DNA of 64,000 nucleotides from an uncultured Gemmatimonadales bacterium (GCA_947259405.1 CAMYLY010000009.1:18020-82019); one strand, 5' to 3'. Shown: positions 27,912-37,567, numbered from the stretch's first letter. Notes: generated from the letters alone by a model not told the origin. Numbers and translations are program-made.

Positions 27912-28391
27912 ATGAGCGTCGAAAACCAGGTCGACGAACTCGAGCGCTGCGTCGACGCGTTCGCCAACTCCATCGCCTCGTTGGAGGAGCGTCGCCTGTT
28001 CGAAACCGTCACCGGCAGCTGGAGCGCGCGAGACATCGTCGCTCACCTGATTGGATGGAACCGAAATGTAGTGCGGGGTGCGAGCCAAATTCTATGCGGC
28101 GAGCTTCCGTTCTACGACGTTGATCCTGGGCCCAACTACGCGAGCGTGAACGCTAGCTTGGTGCGCGAGATCGACGATACGGACCGATCGCTGCTGCTGG
28201 AGAAGCTGGCCGCTTCGACTGGGGAATTGACGGCCTTTCTCCGGACAGTTGATCCCGGAGCGTGGGATCACGATTTCGGGGTCCGTCACGAGCGCGAGTC
28301 GCTGACGGTGAAGAGCACCGTCGATGACTTGATTGCTGACTACCATCACCATCGAGTCCAGCTTGAGCAGTTCCAGGCGACGGCTGAGTGA
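27912..28391 (+). CDS. DinB-superfamily protein
   Basis: WSARDIVAHLIGWN and C-terminal YHHH. Confidence 0.8.
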   Translation: MSVENQVDELERCVDAFANSIASLEERRLFETVTGSWSARDIVAHLIGWNRNVVRGASQILCGELPFYDVDPGPNYASVNASLVREIDDTDRSLLLEKLAASTGELTAFLRTVDPGAWDHDFGVRHERESLTVKSTVDDLIADYHHHRVQLEQFQATAE

Positions 28392-28402
28392 CAAGCACCC
28401 GA

Positions 28403-28436
28403 GTAGGGAAGAAATTCCAGCCTGCCAACGTCCAAT
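28403..28436 (+). promoter_or_regulatory. Second copy of the ECF-type promoter
   Basis: GTAGGGAAGAAATT-N12-CGTCCAAT. Confidence 0.75.
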
Positions 28437-28502
28437 ACTCAAATGCCGGCGACGGCAGTCGGCTCTAGGATTGGACTGTTGACCAGAAGTGGAGGAGGCC
28501 TC

Positions 28503-29207
28503 ATGCGACGCGTACTTGGTGTGTTGTTACTGGGAACTGTGCTGATTGCGGCCACCCCAACCGCGTTCGGCGGGTGGGCGGTCGTTACGCTGTTGGACGT
28601 TCCTGAATACCTCGTGGCCGGCGAGGAAACGACGATCGCGTTCAAGATCCGCCAACACGGGAGGCAGCTGCTGGACGACCGCCAACCGACGGTGGCACTG
28701 CGCGACGGTGAGGAGGGCTTTCTGTCGAAGCTGTTTCGCCTCCGCACGGTACGGGCGACGCCCGGCGCCGATCCGACGATCTACCAAGCCAGCATCACGC
28801 CAACCGATACTGGCGAGGTCACGCTCCACATCGATACCGATCTTTTCCGGTGGAAGGTCAAGCTGTTGCCGATGCGCGTCATCGCCGCCGGGCACCAACC
28901 GGCTGGCTTGTCCCCACCTGATCGTGGGCAGCAGCTTTTCGCTGCCAAGGGGTGCGCGACCTGTCACACGAAGTATGACGATCCTGCCTTCGCGGATTAC
29001 CGAGTCGTTCAGGCGGGACCGGGCCTCGGTGAGCGCACGTTCCCTGCCGGCTGGCTGGCGCAAAAGCTCGCGAACCCCGCACTGTCACGCAGTGGATCAG
29101 CGAACGGCAACATCATGCCGACCCTCGAGCTTGACGAAGAGGAGATCGCTGCGCTGGTGAGTTACATCAACGGCGGCAGGACGACCGTGGAGACTGGCGA
29201 TCGCTGA
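28503..29207 (+). CDS. Exported Ig-like plus c-type cytochrome protein
   Basis: GGAGG RBS, signal peptide, CATCH heme motif, distal MP..L, IAALVSYIN. Confidence 0.85.
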   Translation: MRRVLGVLLLGTVLIAATPTAFGGWAVVTLLDVPEYLVAGEETTIAFKIRQHGRQLLDDRQPTVALRDGEEGFLSKLFRLRTVRATPGADPTIYQASITPTDTGEVTLHIDTDLFRWKVKLLPMRVIAAGHQPAGLSPPDRGQQLFAAKGCATCHTKYDDPAFADYRVVQAGPGLGERTFPAGWLAQKLANPALSRSGSANGNIMPTLELDEEEIAALVSYINGGRTTVETGDR

Positions 29208-29256
29208 AGAGCCGCCCGCATCCCTGCGGACAGTACGGCATCAAGAGCTGGATCGT

Positions 29257-29295
29257 GAGGGTGGAGTGCACTAACTATAGAGGCACTCCACCCTC
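29257..29295. terminator. 13-bp perfect inverted repeat (terminator-like or REP-like hairpin)
   Basis: GAGGGTGGAGTGC-N13-GCACTCCACCCTC; no U tract. Confidence 0.4.
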
Positions 29296-29351
29296 GTGCA
29301 CTATGACCGTTTGCACTTGTGCTCCATACCCCGCCGAGCGGGAGGTCGCCC

Positions 29352-29744
29352 ATGCTTGACCAACTCCTGCTCACGGCTGCCGGTGTGGCGATCGGCTTCC
29401 TCGTCGCGTATGTCGTGCACCTTGGCTGGCGCCTTCGCTACACGAGCGCCATCCGTCGCGACGCGGTGAAGCGCAGTCAGGCCGTGACCAGTGGCAAAGC
29501 CCACGAGCAATTGGTCCCCTACCTCCCGAACTTCGCGTTTAATCCCAGGGATGTCCGTTTCCTCGGCTCCCCCGTCGATCTCGTCGTATTCGACGGATTG
29601 AGCAACGGCCACGTGAACAGGGTGGTCTTCGTGGAAATCAAGACCGGTGCCTCGCGTCTGTCTGACCGCGAGCGCCAGGTGCGTGACACCATCGAGGCGA
29701 GACGCGTCGAATGGCTCGAACACCACCACGAGGTCACCACATGA
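29352..29744 (+). CDS. Holliday-junction-resolvase-like endonuclease (Endonuc_Holl type) with TM anchor
   Basis: EQLVPYLP.F.FNPRDVRFLGSPVDLVVFDG..FVEIKTG. Confidence 0.9.
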   Translation: MLDQLLLTAAGVAIGFLVAYVVHLGWRLRYTSAIRRDAVKRSQAVTSGKAHEQLVPYLPNFAFNPRDVRFLGSPVDLVVFDGLSNGHVNRVVFVEIKTGASRLSDRERQVRDTIEARRVEWLEHHHEVTT

Positions 29745-29784
29745 CCAGGTGGCAACGAGACGGAGTTCCTACCGAGGGGGGCCG

Positions 29785-30198
29785 ATGAGGGTCCTAGCGA
29801 TCATTGCGATGACCGTTGGCGCAGCGATCCTCGTCGCCGCGTGGCCGGTCTACCGGTATCAGTCGAGACTCCTCGAGCAGGATTTCGCCGCGATTGCCAG
29901 CTTCGAACAAGACATCACTGAGTCGCAGGCCAACCTCGCGGTCGCCACTTCGCGGGCCGATTCAACAACCTTGCAGGACCTGATTTCCGGCAGGCAGGCC
30001 GCCGTCCGCAGCCGTGCGTATCACGCCGCCGCTCGCCAGACGACCATCGCCAATTGGTGGAGCCTCACTGGTTCGGGATCGAGCATGATCGGCGCCGCAA
30101 CTCTGCTCCTGGTGCTAGGGACCATCGCGCTGCGGCGTGCGCTAACCGCACCCTGGAATCTCCCGCCCGTCGACGCGGCTCAGGGCCCCCACGGATAG
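29785..30198 (+). CDS. Hypothetical membrane protein
   Basis: Two TM helices flanking a helical region; GAGG RBS. Confidence 0.55.
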   Translation: MRVLAIIAMTVGAAILVAAWPVYRYQSRLLEQDFAAIASFEQDITESQANLAVATSRADSTTLQDLISGRQAAVRSRAYHAAARQTTIANWWSLTGSGSSMIGAATLLLVLGTIALRRALTAPWNLPPVDAAQGPHG

Positions 30199-30316
30199 GA
30201 AGCGGGCGCGGGACGAGCGCATGGGCTGACCTCGCAAGACACGATACCTCCCGATACTTTAGGGAGCGTGATCACGACTGATGCCAATCCAACCATCAGC
30301 CAACGAGCAGAGTTTC

Positions 30317-30514
30317 ATGACAGCGTACACGTGTGAGCAATGCGGCATGAGCGTCGGGACAATCACTTGCGGACAGTGTGGCAAGGAGCTGGTCCATTCC
30401 ACGCTCACCAAACCCGACGGGACCTCAGTCGCGATTTCCGAATGCCCAGACGGGCATGGGAAGATCAAATCCCCGCAATGCTGCGGGGCTGATATGATGT
30501 GTCCGATCGCCTGA
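30317..30514 (+). CDS. Small Cys-rich Zn-ribbon-like protein
   Basis: CEQC, CGQC, CPDGH, CC..MMC in 65 aa. Confidence 0.75.
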   Translation: MTAYTCEQCGMSVGTITCGQCGKELVHSTLTKPDGTSVAISECPDGHGKIKSPQCCGADMMCPIA

Positions 30515-30667
30515 TCGACATCCGCGCGTTACTGACGCGTGCCCAACCGTACGGTTTTCGGTCATCTTGAAGCTGTTGAACGTTCCGGGGAGAAGTGGGT
30601 AACGCTCTATGTGAGCGACGGCGGAACACCCGTTGTGGTTGTCATCGTGTCGTAGGAGGATACGAGC

Positions 30668-31552
30668 ATGCACCGCGTACTGAGCGCCTTTTCACTTCTG
30701 GTTGCCCTTGCTCCGCCGACGCTTCAGGCACAGCGTCCCGAGCTGCCGTTCTTCCAGTCGATCGCCTGGGCCCCTGACGGAAGCGCCTTGGTATTCTGTG
30801 CGGTGCTCGAGACATGGGATGATGGATTCCGTCTGTACCGGATCGACCTCGATGGTCGGAACCTGCGGCTTATCGAGACGGGAGGGCAACGCCATTTGTA
30901 CCCGGCCTGGTCGCCCGACGGTCAGCTCATTGCGTTCGGCGGCCGCGTTGCTGGAGCAACGAACGTCCTCGTGACCTCACCAAACGGCGGCTCAGCCCGA
31001 GCACTCACGAGTGCGCCGGAGGGCGGGGGCGCCCCCAGTTGGTCGCCCAACGGTGACCGAATTGCGTTTCACTCCAATTGGGAGGGAGAATACCAGGTGT
31101 ACGTGATGAACGCCGATGGCTCCCGAGTCCGTCGCGTGACACGGGAGGCCGGAAACAACCTCAACCCGCAGTGGTCCCCGACCGGAGACGCGATTCTCTA
31201 CTACTCGGATCGCCAGGGCGGTGGCGCACACGACACACTGTATGTCGTCGATCAGGACGGAACGAATGAGCGCAAACTGACCGGCGGTGTGTTTCCGACG
31301 TGGGCCGCCGACGGTAATACGATTCTGTTCACGGACGCGGCGGACGGATTGTCCCACCTGTTCGCGGTTTACGCGGATGGCCGGAACCGTCGGCTCATCG
31401 CCGAGAACATTGTCTACGCCATCCAGTCACCCGACGGCGGCCGCATTGCCGCCATTTCGGTTGAGACGCCCGCATCGGGCCCCCGCCGGTACGGCGTTCA
31501 GCTCATGCAAACGGATGGATCGGGCCGTCACACAATCTTCCCGACTCCATGA
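30668..31552 (+). CDS. TolB-like PD40 beta-propeller protein
   Basis: Repeated PxWSPDG motifs, signal peptide. Confidence 0.9.
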   Translation: MHRVLSAFSLLVALAPPTLQAQRPELPFFQSIAWAPDGSALVFCAVLETWDDGFRLYRIDLDGRNLRLIETGGQRHLYPAWSPDGQLIAFGGRVAGATNVLVTSPNGGSARALTSAPEGGGAPSWSPNGDRIAFHSNWEGEYQVYVMNADGSRVRRVTREAGNNLNPQWSPTGDAILYYSDRQGGGAHDTLYVVDQDGTNERKLTGGVFPTWAADGNTILFTDAADGLSHLFAVYADGRNRRLIAENIVYAIQSPDGGRIAAISVETPASGPRRYGVQLMQTDGSGRHTIFPTP

Positions 31553-32352
31553 CGCTCACGACAGTGCTCCGACTTTGGCCAGTCGTTTGCCTGGCGGCCT
31601 GTAGCGGAACAGCCCCGAAGGAAGACCTGATCTTCGTCGACGGACGCGCCGTAGCCGCGGCTGGCGACTCACTGCTCGCCATGACCCGCCAAGGATCCTC
31701 GGCAATAACGGTGCGGGATCGCATCACGGGAGAGATAAGCGTGCACGCCGCTGCGGACCTCCGGACCCCCCTACACATTCAAGAATCGGGTGGACTCTGG
31801 TACGTGTCCGACGTTGTCGATGGGGAAGCGATCATCGTCGTCTTCTCCGCCGATTGGGAGGTACGCGACCGCATCGGTGTCGACAGCGTCGCCGCCGTCC
31901 CACATCAGTTTGCGGTCTTGCCGGATGGCACGCTGGTGCTCGAGAGCGTGGACGGTCGCTTGCTCGCGTTGCGCGACGACTCGTTGACCACCTTCGCATT
32001 GACGGAACAGAGCTCGCGCAACGGGATGCTCGTTGCGGCACAAGGGGGCGTGTTGCACACGATACCGGACAAGACGCTGACACTCTACAACGCAAGGGGC
32101 AACCTCCGGTGGCGTCAGGCATGGCCGTGGCACGAAGGGGCGTATATCGCGGACCTCTCCGTAGACGCCAACGGTCGCGTGCACGTTTTGGCGGGTGCGG
32201 AGGGAACAAACGTGTTCTACGCCTTTACCCTATCGCCCGTGACGGGCGAGGCAGTCAGGTGGACGGCGCCATCCCTGATGGCCACGTTCGTCGTCAAGCA
32301 GTTGGGAGAGATTCGGCCGGACAGTACCGAACGCTGGATTGGGGGACCCTAG
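31549..32352 (+). CDS. Hypothetical beta-propeller lipoprotein
   Basis: Lipobox LAAC; ATGA overlap with the upstream gene. Confidence 0.7.
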   Translation: MTLTTVLRLWPVVCLAACSGTAPKEDLIFVDGRAVAAAGDSLLAMTRQGSSAITVRDRITGEISVHAAADLRTPLHIQESGGLWYVSDVVDGEAIIVVFSADWEVRDRIGVDSVAAVPHQFAVLPDGTLVLESVDGRLLALRDDSLTTFALTEQSSRNGMLVAAQGGVLHTIPDKTLTLYNARGNLRWRQAWPWHEGAYIADLSVDANGRVHVLAGAEGTNVFYAFTLSPVTGEAVRWTAPSLMATFVVKQLGEIRPDSTERWIGGP

Positions 32353-33440
32353 TGCGGTAACCCGACCTCGTCCGCGAATTGCTTCAGCAACTCCTGCTGT
32401 TCCGCCGACAGCTTCTCCGGAATCCCCACTTCGATCTGGACGTACTGGTCGCCTTTCTTCCCACTCTTCTCGACACCCTGCCCTTTGAGTCGGAATTTTC
32501 GACCAGGTTGTGTCCCCGCAGGAATGTTCAACACGACGCGGCGACCATGCACCGTCCGGACCTTCACCTTCGTCCCCAGCGTAGCCTGCGCAAAGTTGAT
32601 GGGGATGGTGCAAAGAATGTCCAGACCGTCGCGAGAGAAGAACCGATCCGGCTTGACGGTGAACGTGACAAGAAGGTCGCCTGCAGGACCGCTGTCGCGA
32701 CTGCGTTGCCCCTGGCCTTTGAGGCGCACCTTGTGGCCGTCATCGGTCCCCGCTGGCACCGTCACCAGCAATCGCTTTGAGACCTTCACCCAGCCGTCGC
32801 CACCGCACCGCGTGCATGACTCGCTTGCCACCCGCCCCCGGCCACGACACGCCGGGCACGGACGCGTTACGCCAAATCCTCCCTGTCCGAACGTGACCGT
32901 GCCACGCCCTTTGCACTCCGAACAGGAGTCGACACTGGCGCCCGGGGCCGCGCCCGACCCACCACATGTCGGGCACGCTTCCTCCACGGCGACCGTGATC
33001 GGGATCTTCCCGCCCAGAACGGCAGTGCGGAAGGGGATCTCGACGGTCGACTCGATCGGCTCCGCGGTCTCCCCACCTTTGCTTCCCTTTCCGAAAATCG
33101 ACGAAAACAAATCGCCCAGTCCGCCGAATCCGGACAGGCCGCCGAAGTCGAATTCTTCGAACCGTTGCGAGGTGCCGCCGCCCGGACTGCGCGTCGAGAA
33201 CCCTCCGCCGGAGAAGGCCCCGAAGCGACGCATGTTGTCGTACTTCTTCCGTTGTGCGGAGTCGCTCAAGACCGAATACGCTTCCGAGATCTCCTTGAAA
33301 CGCTCGGCCGCGGAATGGTCGTTCGGGTTCGCATCGGGATGGTATTGCTTGGCAAGCCGCCGGTAGGATTTCTTGATCTCGTCCTCGGACGCCTTGTCCG
33401 CGACGCCCAGGATCTTGTAGTAATCCTTCGCGCCGGTCAT
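32349..33440 (-). CDS. dnaJ: Chaperone DnaJ
   Basis: HPD J-domain, G/F region, four CxxCxGxG repeats. Confidence 0.97.
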   Translation of the reverse strand: MTGAKDYYKILGVADKASEDEIKKSYRRLAKQYHPDANPNDHSAAERFKEISEAYSVLSDSAQRKKYDNMRRFGAFSGGGFSTRSPGGGTSQRFEEFDFGGLSGFGGLGDLFSSIFGKGSKGGETAEPIESTVEIPFRTAVLGGKIPITVAVEEACPTCGGSGAAPGASVDSCSECKGRGTVTFGQGGFGVTRPCPACRGRGRVASESCTRCGGDGWVKVSKRLLVTVPAGTDDGHKVRLKGQGQRSRDSGPAGDLLVTFTVKPDRFFSRDGLDILCTIPINFAQATLGTKVKVRTVHGRRVVLNIPAGTQPGRKFRLKGQGVEKSGKKGDQYVQIEVGIPEKLSAEQQELLKQFADEVGLPH

Positions 33441-33443
33441 CGG

Positions 33444-34100
33444 TTAGGAATCGCCTTCCTCGTCCGCGGTGGTCATATGCACCAGCACCTTGGCCGGTCG
33501 CAACAACGTATTTCCGAACCGATACCCCACCTGCACTACCGTTGCCACCGTGCCGTCGGCATCAGGAGACGGGGCCGCAACCATCCCGAGCGCCTCGTGG
33601 TCGTTGGGGTCAAATCGCTCGCCCTCGGCCCCGACACGCTGCAGTCCGGTCGCCTCCAGATGCTGCAGCAGCTTCCGCTCGACCATCTCCACACCGTCCA
33701 CCACGTCCTGCGTCGATGCCTCGGTCAGGTCCATGCTCACGACCCGATTCAGATCGTCCAATGCCTCGAGGACGTTGAGGGCCAGGTCTGCCTGGGCCCG
33801 GGCGCGCATGTCCTGCCGTTCGCGCGCGGTCCGCTTGCGGAAGTTGTCGAACTCGGCAGCGGTGCGTAGGAGCTGATCCTTGAGCGTCCCCACCTCCTCC
33901 TCGAGCCTCTCTATCGCCTGGTCGGGTGGCTCGACGAGCTCGAGACCCTCGCTCAGGGGACCGTCGGCACCGCCCGCCGGTGGCGGCGGCGATTCTTCGG
34001 AATCGGCCAAGGGGCCTTCCGCTCCGGCACCGGGATCCGCCCCCTGGGCGTCGACCTGGCCCTGGTCCGGCTCCAGAATCTGCTTCTTGTGCCTCTTCAT
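33444..34100 (-). CDS. grpE: Nucleotide exchange factor GrpE
   Basis: AEFDNFRKR, FDPNDHEA, GY..LLRPAKVLV. Confidence 0.95.
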   Translation of the reverse strand: MKRHKKQILEPDQGQVDAQGADPGAGAEGPLADSEESPPPPAGGADGPLSEGLELVEPPDQAIERLEEEVGTLKDQLLRTAAEFDNFRKRTARERQDMRARAQADLALNVLEALDDLNRVVSMDLTEASTQDVVDGVEMVERKLLQHLEATGLQRVGAEGERFDPNDHEALGMVAAPSPDADGTVATVVQVGYRFGNTLLRPAKVLVHMTTADEEGDS

Positions 34101-34208
34101 ACGTCTCACGGGTCAAGTGTCTGATGATTCGAGAATTCCAAACATAGGTTACAGAGCGAGGATTATACCAACTCGCCCTGCCGTTCTGACAGCGCGGATG
34201 GCGACCGC

Positions 34209-35450
34209 TCAGTCCGCCAGCAGACGCCGCAGGAGATCCAACGCCGCCTGAGCCGCCCGGCGCCGCACCTCATAACGCGTCCCCGGGAGATGGCGTTTCA
34301 CGGCAGCGACATCCCCGGCCATGGCCGCCCCGATCCAGACGGTTCCCACGGGCTTATCCGCTGTGCCGCCGCTAGGTCCTGCTATCCCAGTGATCGCGAC
34401 ACCGGCCGTCGCCCCGAACCGCGCTTGGACGCCCAAGGCCATGGCCCGCACCGCCTCCTCGCTCACGGCCCCGGCAGCTGTCAGGACATCCCAATCCACA
34501 TGGACCTCGCGAATCTTGGCGGCATTCGCGTAGGCTGTGACACCGCCCAGAAAGACGTCAGAAGACCCCGGAATCTCCGTGAGCCTCGCCCCGATCAGCC
34601 CTCCAGTACAGGATTCGGCCACGGCGAGAGAGGCGCCCCGCGAGCGCAGCATGCTGAGCACGAGGGCGGCCAGGTCGTCGTCATCAGTTCCATAGCAGTG
34701 CGCTCCGAGTACGGGCCGCAGAACGGCCTCCGCCGCGTCCAATGCGAGGCTGACCACGGTACGTGGTCCCGCCGCGGTGAGGCGGACGTCCACGCCCTCG
34801 AGCGACGGCAGGAAAGCAACCTCGACTTCGGTCACTGCTTGGAGCCTGTCATCCAGCAGGTTCGCCAGGGCGGATTCACTGATCCCGGTCGTGCGGAGCA
34901 CGCGCGATGCGACCACGCGCGCGGCCTCACCGGTGGACTGGATTCGCGGGATCACATGCGCTCGCACGAGTTCGTTCAACTCCCGTGGCACGCCAGGAAG
35001 AAGCACCACGACCTGGCCGTCCCGATCGATCCATAACCCCGGGGCCGTCCCACGACTGTTTTCCAACACCTGCGCGCCCGCCGGGACGGCGGCCTGCTTG
35101 CGATTGGATTGTGGCATGGGCTGTCCCGGCCGGACCCGGGCGAACCGAGCTTCAATGCTCCGCAGGACATGCGGATCGATCTCGAGAGGTAGCCCGAACG
35201 CCTCCGCGACCGCTTCGCGCGTGAGATCGTCGGCCGTGGGACCCAACCCGCCACTCACGATGACGAATCCGGTGCGATCGAGCGCCGAGACGACGGCGTC
35301 CTGGATCTCGGCGGCGGTGTCACCAACGGTGACATGCCGAACCACCCTCACCCCGGCGGGCGCCAAGGTGCGGGCAAGATCACGAGCGTTGGTATTGAGG
35401 GTGAAACCGAGCAGCAGCTCGTTTCCGACCGTTACGAGTTCAAGATCCAT
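34209..35450 (-). CDS. cinA: CinA (MoCF-like domain plus NMN deamidase)
   Basis: GNELLLG, GGLGPTADDLT, AESCTGG, GAVSEE, TGIAGP. Confidence 0.95.
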   Translation of the reverse strand: MDLELVTVGNELLLGFTLNTNARDLARTLAPAGVRVVRHVTVGDTAAEIQDAVVSALDRTGFVIVSGGLGPTADDLTREAVAEAFGLPLEIDPHVLRSIEARFARVRPGQPMPQSNRKQAAVPAGAQVLENSRGTAPGLWIDRDGQVVVLLPGVPRELNELVRAHVIPRIQSTGEAARVVASRVLRTTGISESALANLLDDRLQAVTEVEVAFLPSLEGVDVRLTAAGPRTVVSLALDAAEAVLRPVLGAHCYGTDDDDLAALVLSMLRSRGASLAVAESCTGGLIGARLTEIPGSSDVFLGGVTAYANAAKIREVHVDWDVLTAAGAVSEEAVRAMALGVQARFGATAGVAITGIAGPSGGTADKPVGTVWIGAAMAGDVAAVKRHLPGTRYEVRRRAAQAALDLLRRLLAD

Positions 35451-36099
35451 CACCAGCGGCGCGCTTGACCGACGCCCCAAAGAGGCCGCGGTAGCGCGAC
35501 ACGTACACGCCGAGAGAATAGGCGGTGAGAATCACGGCGACCGCCAACGAGAAGGCGATCGCTGCGCCAAGGAGCCACTCCCACGCGTTGGCGATCCCGA
35601 CGTCAAGTCCGAACTCTTCGCGTAAGTCCATCCAGAAGAACCACCCTAGTGCCGTGCCCAGGAAGATGTCTTGGAAGATGGTCTTGAGCTTCCCGGCTCC
35701 CGCTGCTGCGATCACCACCCCGCGGCGTTTGGCGACCTGTCGCATGATCGTCATCAACGCCTCACGCCCGACGAGAAGGATGGCGACCCAGGTGGGGAGC
35801 ACGCCCCACCCCCATGGGATCTGGTACTGCTGGGCGGCGCGTGTCAGGAAGTAGATGGGGACGAGTGACGCGACCAGCAATAATTTGTCGGCTAACGGAT
35901 CGAGAATCTTTCCGAGTTCGGTAATCTCACCGCGCTCGCGCGCGATCCGTCCATCGTAGATGTCGCTGACCGCGGCCGCAACGAAGATCAGCACTGCGAT
36001 CAGCTTCGGCAGGTAGCCGTTGAAGAAAGGCAACAGGGCTATGACCGGTGCGAGTACGATCCTGCCAACCGTCAGGATGTTTGGAAGCGTCCAGGTCAT
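35440..36099 (-). CDS. pgsA: CDP-alcohol phosphatidyltransferase (PgsA-like)
   Basis: LPNILT, DIYDGRIARERG..GKILDPLADK. Confidence 0.9.
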   Translation of the reverse strand: MTWTLPNILTVGRIVLAPVIALLPFFNGYLPKLIAVLIFVAAAVSDIYDGRIARERGEITELGKILDPLADKLLLVASLVPIYFLTRAAQQYQIPWGWGVLPTWVAILLVGREALMTIMRQVAKRRGVVIAAAGAGKLKTIFQDIFLGTALGWFFWMDLREEFGLDVGIANAWEWLLGAAIAFSLAVAVILTAYSLGVYVSRYRGLFGASVKRAAGDGS

Positions 36100-36109
36100 C
36101 TGGATGGCG

Positions 36110-36784
36110 TCAGCTCAACGTCTTGAGCACCATCTTCGCGACTGCGCGGAGCGTGTCAAACACTCCTTCACCGGTGAGCGCGACCGATTCGAAATACGGT
36201 GCGCGAGCGATCCACTCCCCGTCGACCTGCTCGCGCAGCATGCGCCCATCGTTGTACGGGTCGGGTTCTGGGCTCTGCCGCGAGGGATCATCAATCGGCC
36301 ACCCAGGATTGAGCTGCGCCTCGAGGTCGGCGACAGGGGCCGCGTTGGGCAAATCTCGCTTGTTGTACTGCACGGCGAACGGAATCTTCGTCAGATCGTA
36401 CCCGTATTCCGACATGTTGTCGTAGAGATTCTGCATGGATTCGACGTTGGCCTCCATGCGCTCGACTTGACTGTCCGCCACGAACACGATGCCGTCGACG
36501 CCCTTCAAGATCAGCTTGCGGGAAGCGTTGTAGTACACCTGACCGGGCACTGTATAGAGGTGGAACCGCGTCTTGAAGCCTCGGATCGTTCCGAGATCGA
36601 CAGGCAGAAAGTCAAAAAAAAGTGTCCGCTCCGTCTCGGTTGCGAGCGACACCATTTTGCCACGTGCGTCGGGATTGACCTTTCCGTACACGTGCTCGAG
36701 GTTCGTCGTCTTCCCGCCGAGGCCCGGCCCGTAGTACACGAGCTTGCAGTTGATCTCGCGAGAGGCGTAGTTGATCATCGACAT
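36110..36784 (-). CDS. mglA: MglA small GTPase
   Basis: [34 protein letters not shown]. Confidence 0.95.
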   Translation of the reverse strand: MSMINYASREINCKLVYYGPGLGGKTTNLEHVYGKVNPDARGKMVSLATETERTLFFDFLPVDLGTIRGFKTRFHLYTVPGQVYYNASRKLILKGVDGIVFVADSQVERMEANVESMQNLYDNMSEYGYDLTKIPFAVQYNKRDLPNAAPVADLEAQLNPGWPIDDPSRQSPEPDPYNDGRMLREQVDGEWIARAPYFESVALTGEGVFDTLRAVAKMVLKTLS

Positions 36785-36801
36785 CCGACGCCTACCTCCC
36801 G

Positions 36802-37305
36802 CTAATCCCCAAACAACCGGTCAATCTCGTCTTCGGCCCCTTCGAGCAGCCCGGATTCCGGCTGCCCCTGCATTCCACCAGATGCGGCACGATTGAACAT
36901 CTCCTCGAAAAGCTGATTGAGGTCGCCTACGGTCTGTTTCACACGCAACCGGACCATCCCGACCGTCGTGCGATTGTCGAACAACACGACAAGGATGACA
37001 CGGCGGGCAATATCCGCCAGATACATCGATTCCTTCTCACCCTGATGGAACAGTGACGCAAACTCCGGCTCGCCAATCATCTTCGCTAGCTGATCGTTGG
37101 CGCTGAAATCCGCGGCGGTCAGCGACGCGAACGTCGTCGGGTCGAAGGACAGCTGTTCACCAGCAGTCGCCAGCAGTTGCCCGGTCCGGTCCACGAGAAG
37201 GGCGCACCGAGCGCTCGACTCCTTCAGCAACGCTTGCAGATGCTCGGTGATCCGGTGGTAGTCACTCTCACCAAGCGACCAAGTTCCAGCTGAAGTCTCA
37301 GCCAA
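36802..37305 (-). CDS. mglB: MglB roadblock/LC7 protein (GAP of MglA)
   Basis: [30 protein letters not shown]; adjacent to mglA. Confidence 0.92.
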   Translation of the reverse strand: MAETSAGTWSLGESDYHRITEHLQALLKESSARCALLVDRTGQLLATAGEQLSFDPTTFASLTAADFSANDQLAKMIGEPEFASLFHQGEKESMYLADIARRVILVVLFDNRTTVGMVRLRVKQTVGDLNQLFEEMFNRAASGGMQGQPESGLLEGAEDEIDRLFGD

Positions 37306-37567
37306 GCTTTGCCTCCATCCGACGGATAATCCCTTCGGCTCTCCGCCGAAGCATCGGGTGCGCCTCCCACGAGACGTAATCGCTCAGCAACCGTACCGCA
37401 TCGACGCTCGGTCGCCCGTTGAGATAGCCCAGCGCGGACAGTCGGCGCAAGGGGTGTGGACTGAACAAGTCACGCCGATGCTTCCCCATCGAATGCTGGG
37501 CGAGGACCGCACCGAGAACCGTTCCGAATCCCATCGCGACTAAGGCGACGCGAAGGCGCGAGTTCAC
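37298..37567 (-). CDS. Small membrane-anchored HEAT-like hypothetical protein
   Basis: N-terminal TM helix then helical pair; overlaps both recR and mglB. Confidence 0.75.
   Translation of the reverse strand: MNSRLRVALVAMGFGTVLGAVLAQHSMGKHRRDLFSPHPLRRLSALGYLNGRPSVDAVRLLSDYVSWEAHPMLRRRAEGIIRRMEAKLG

Noticed and set aside
29257-29295. CIRCE element
   Set aside because: GAGTGC precedes GCACTC (reverse of CIRCE order), the spacing is wrong, and it is not upstream of chaperone genes.
1-32348. Integrase or transposase for the accessory region
   Set aside because: No ORF shows tyrosine-recombinase, serine-recombinase, DDE or HUH motifs; one may lie outside the window.
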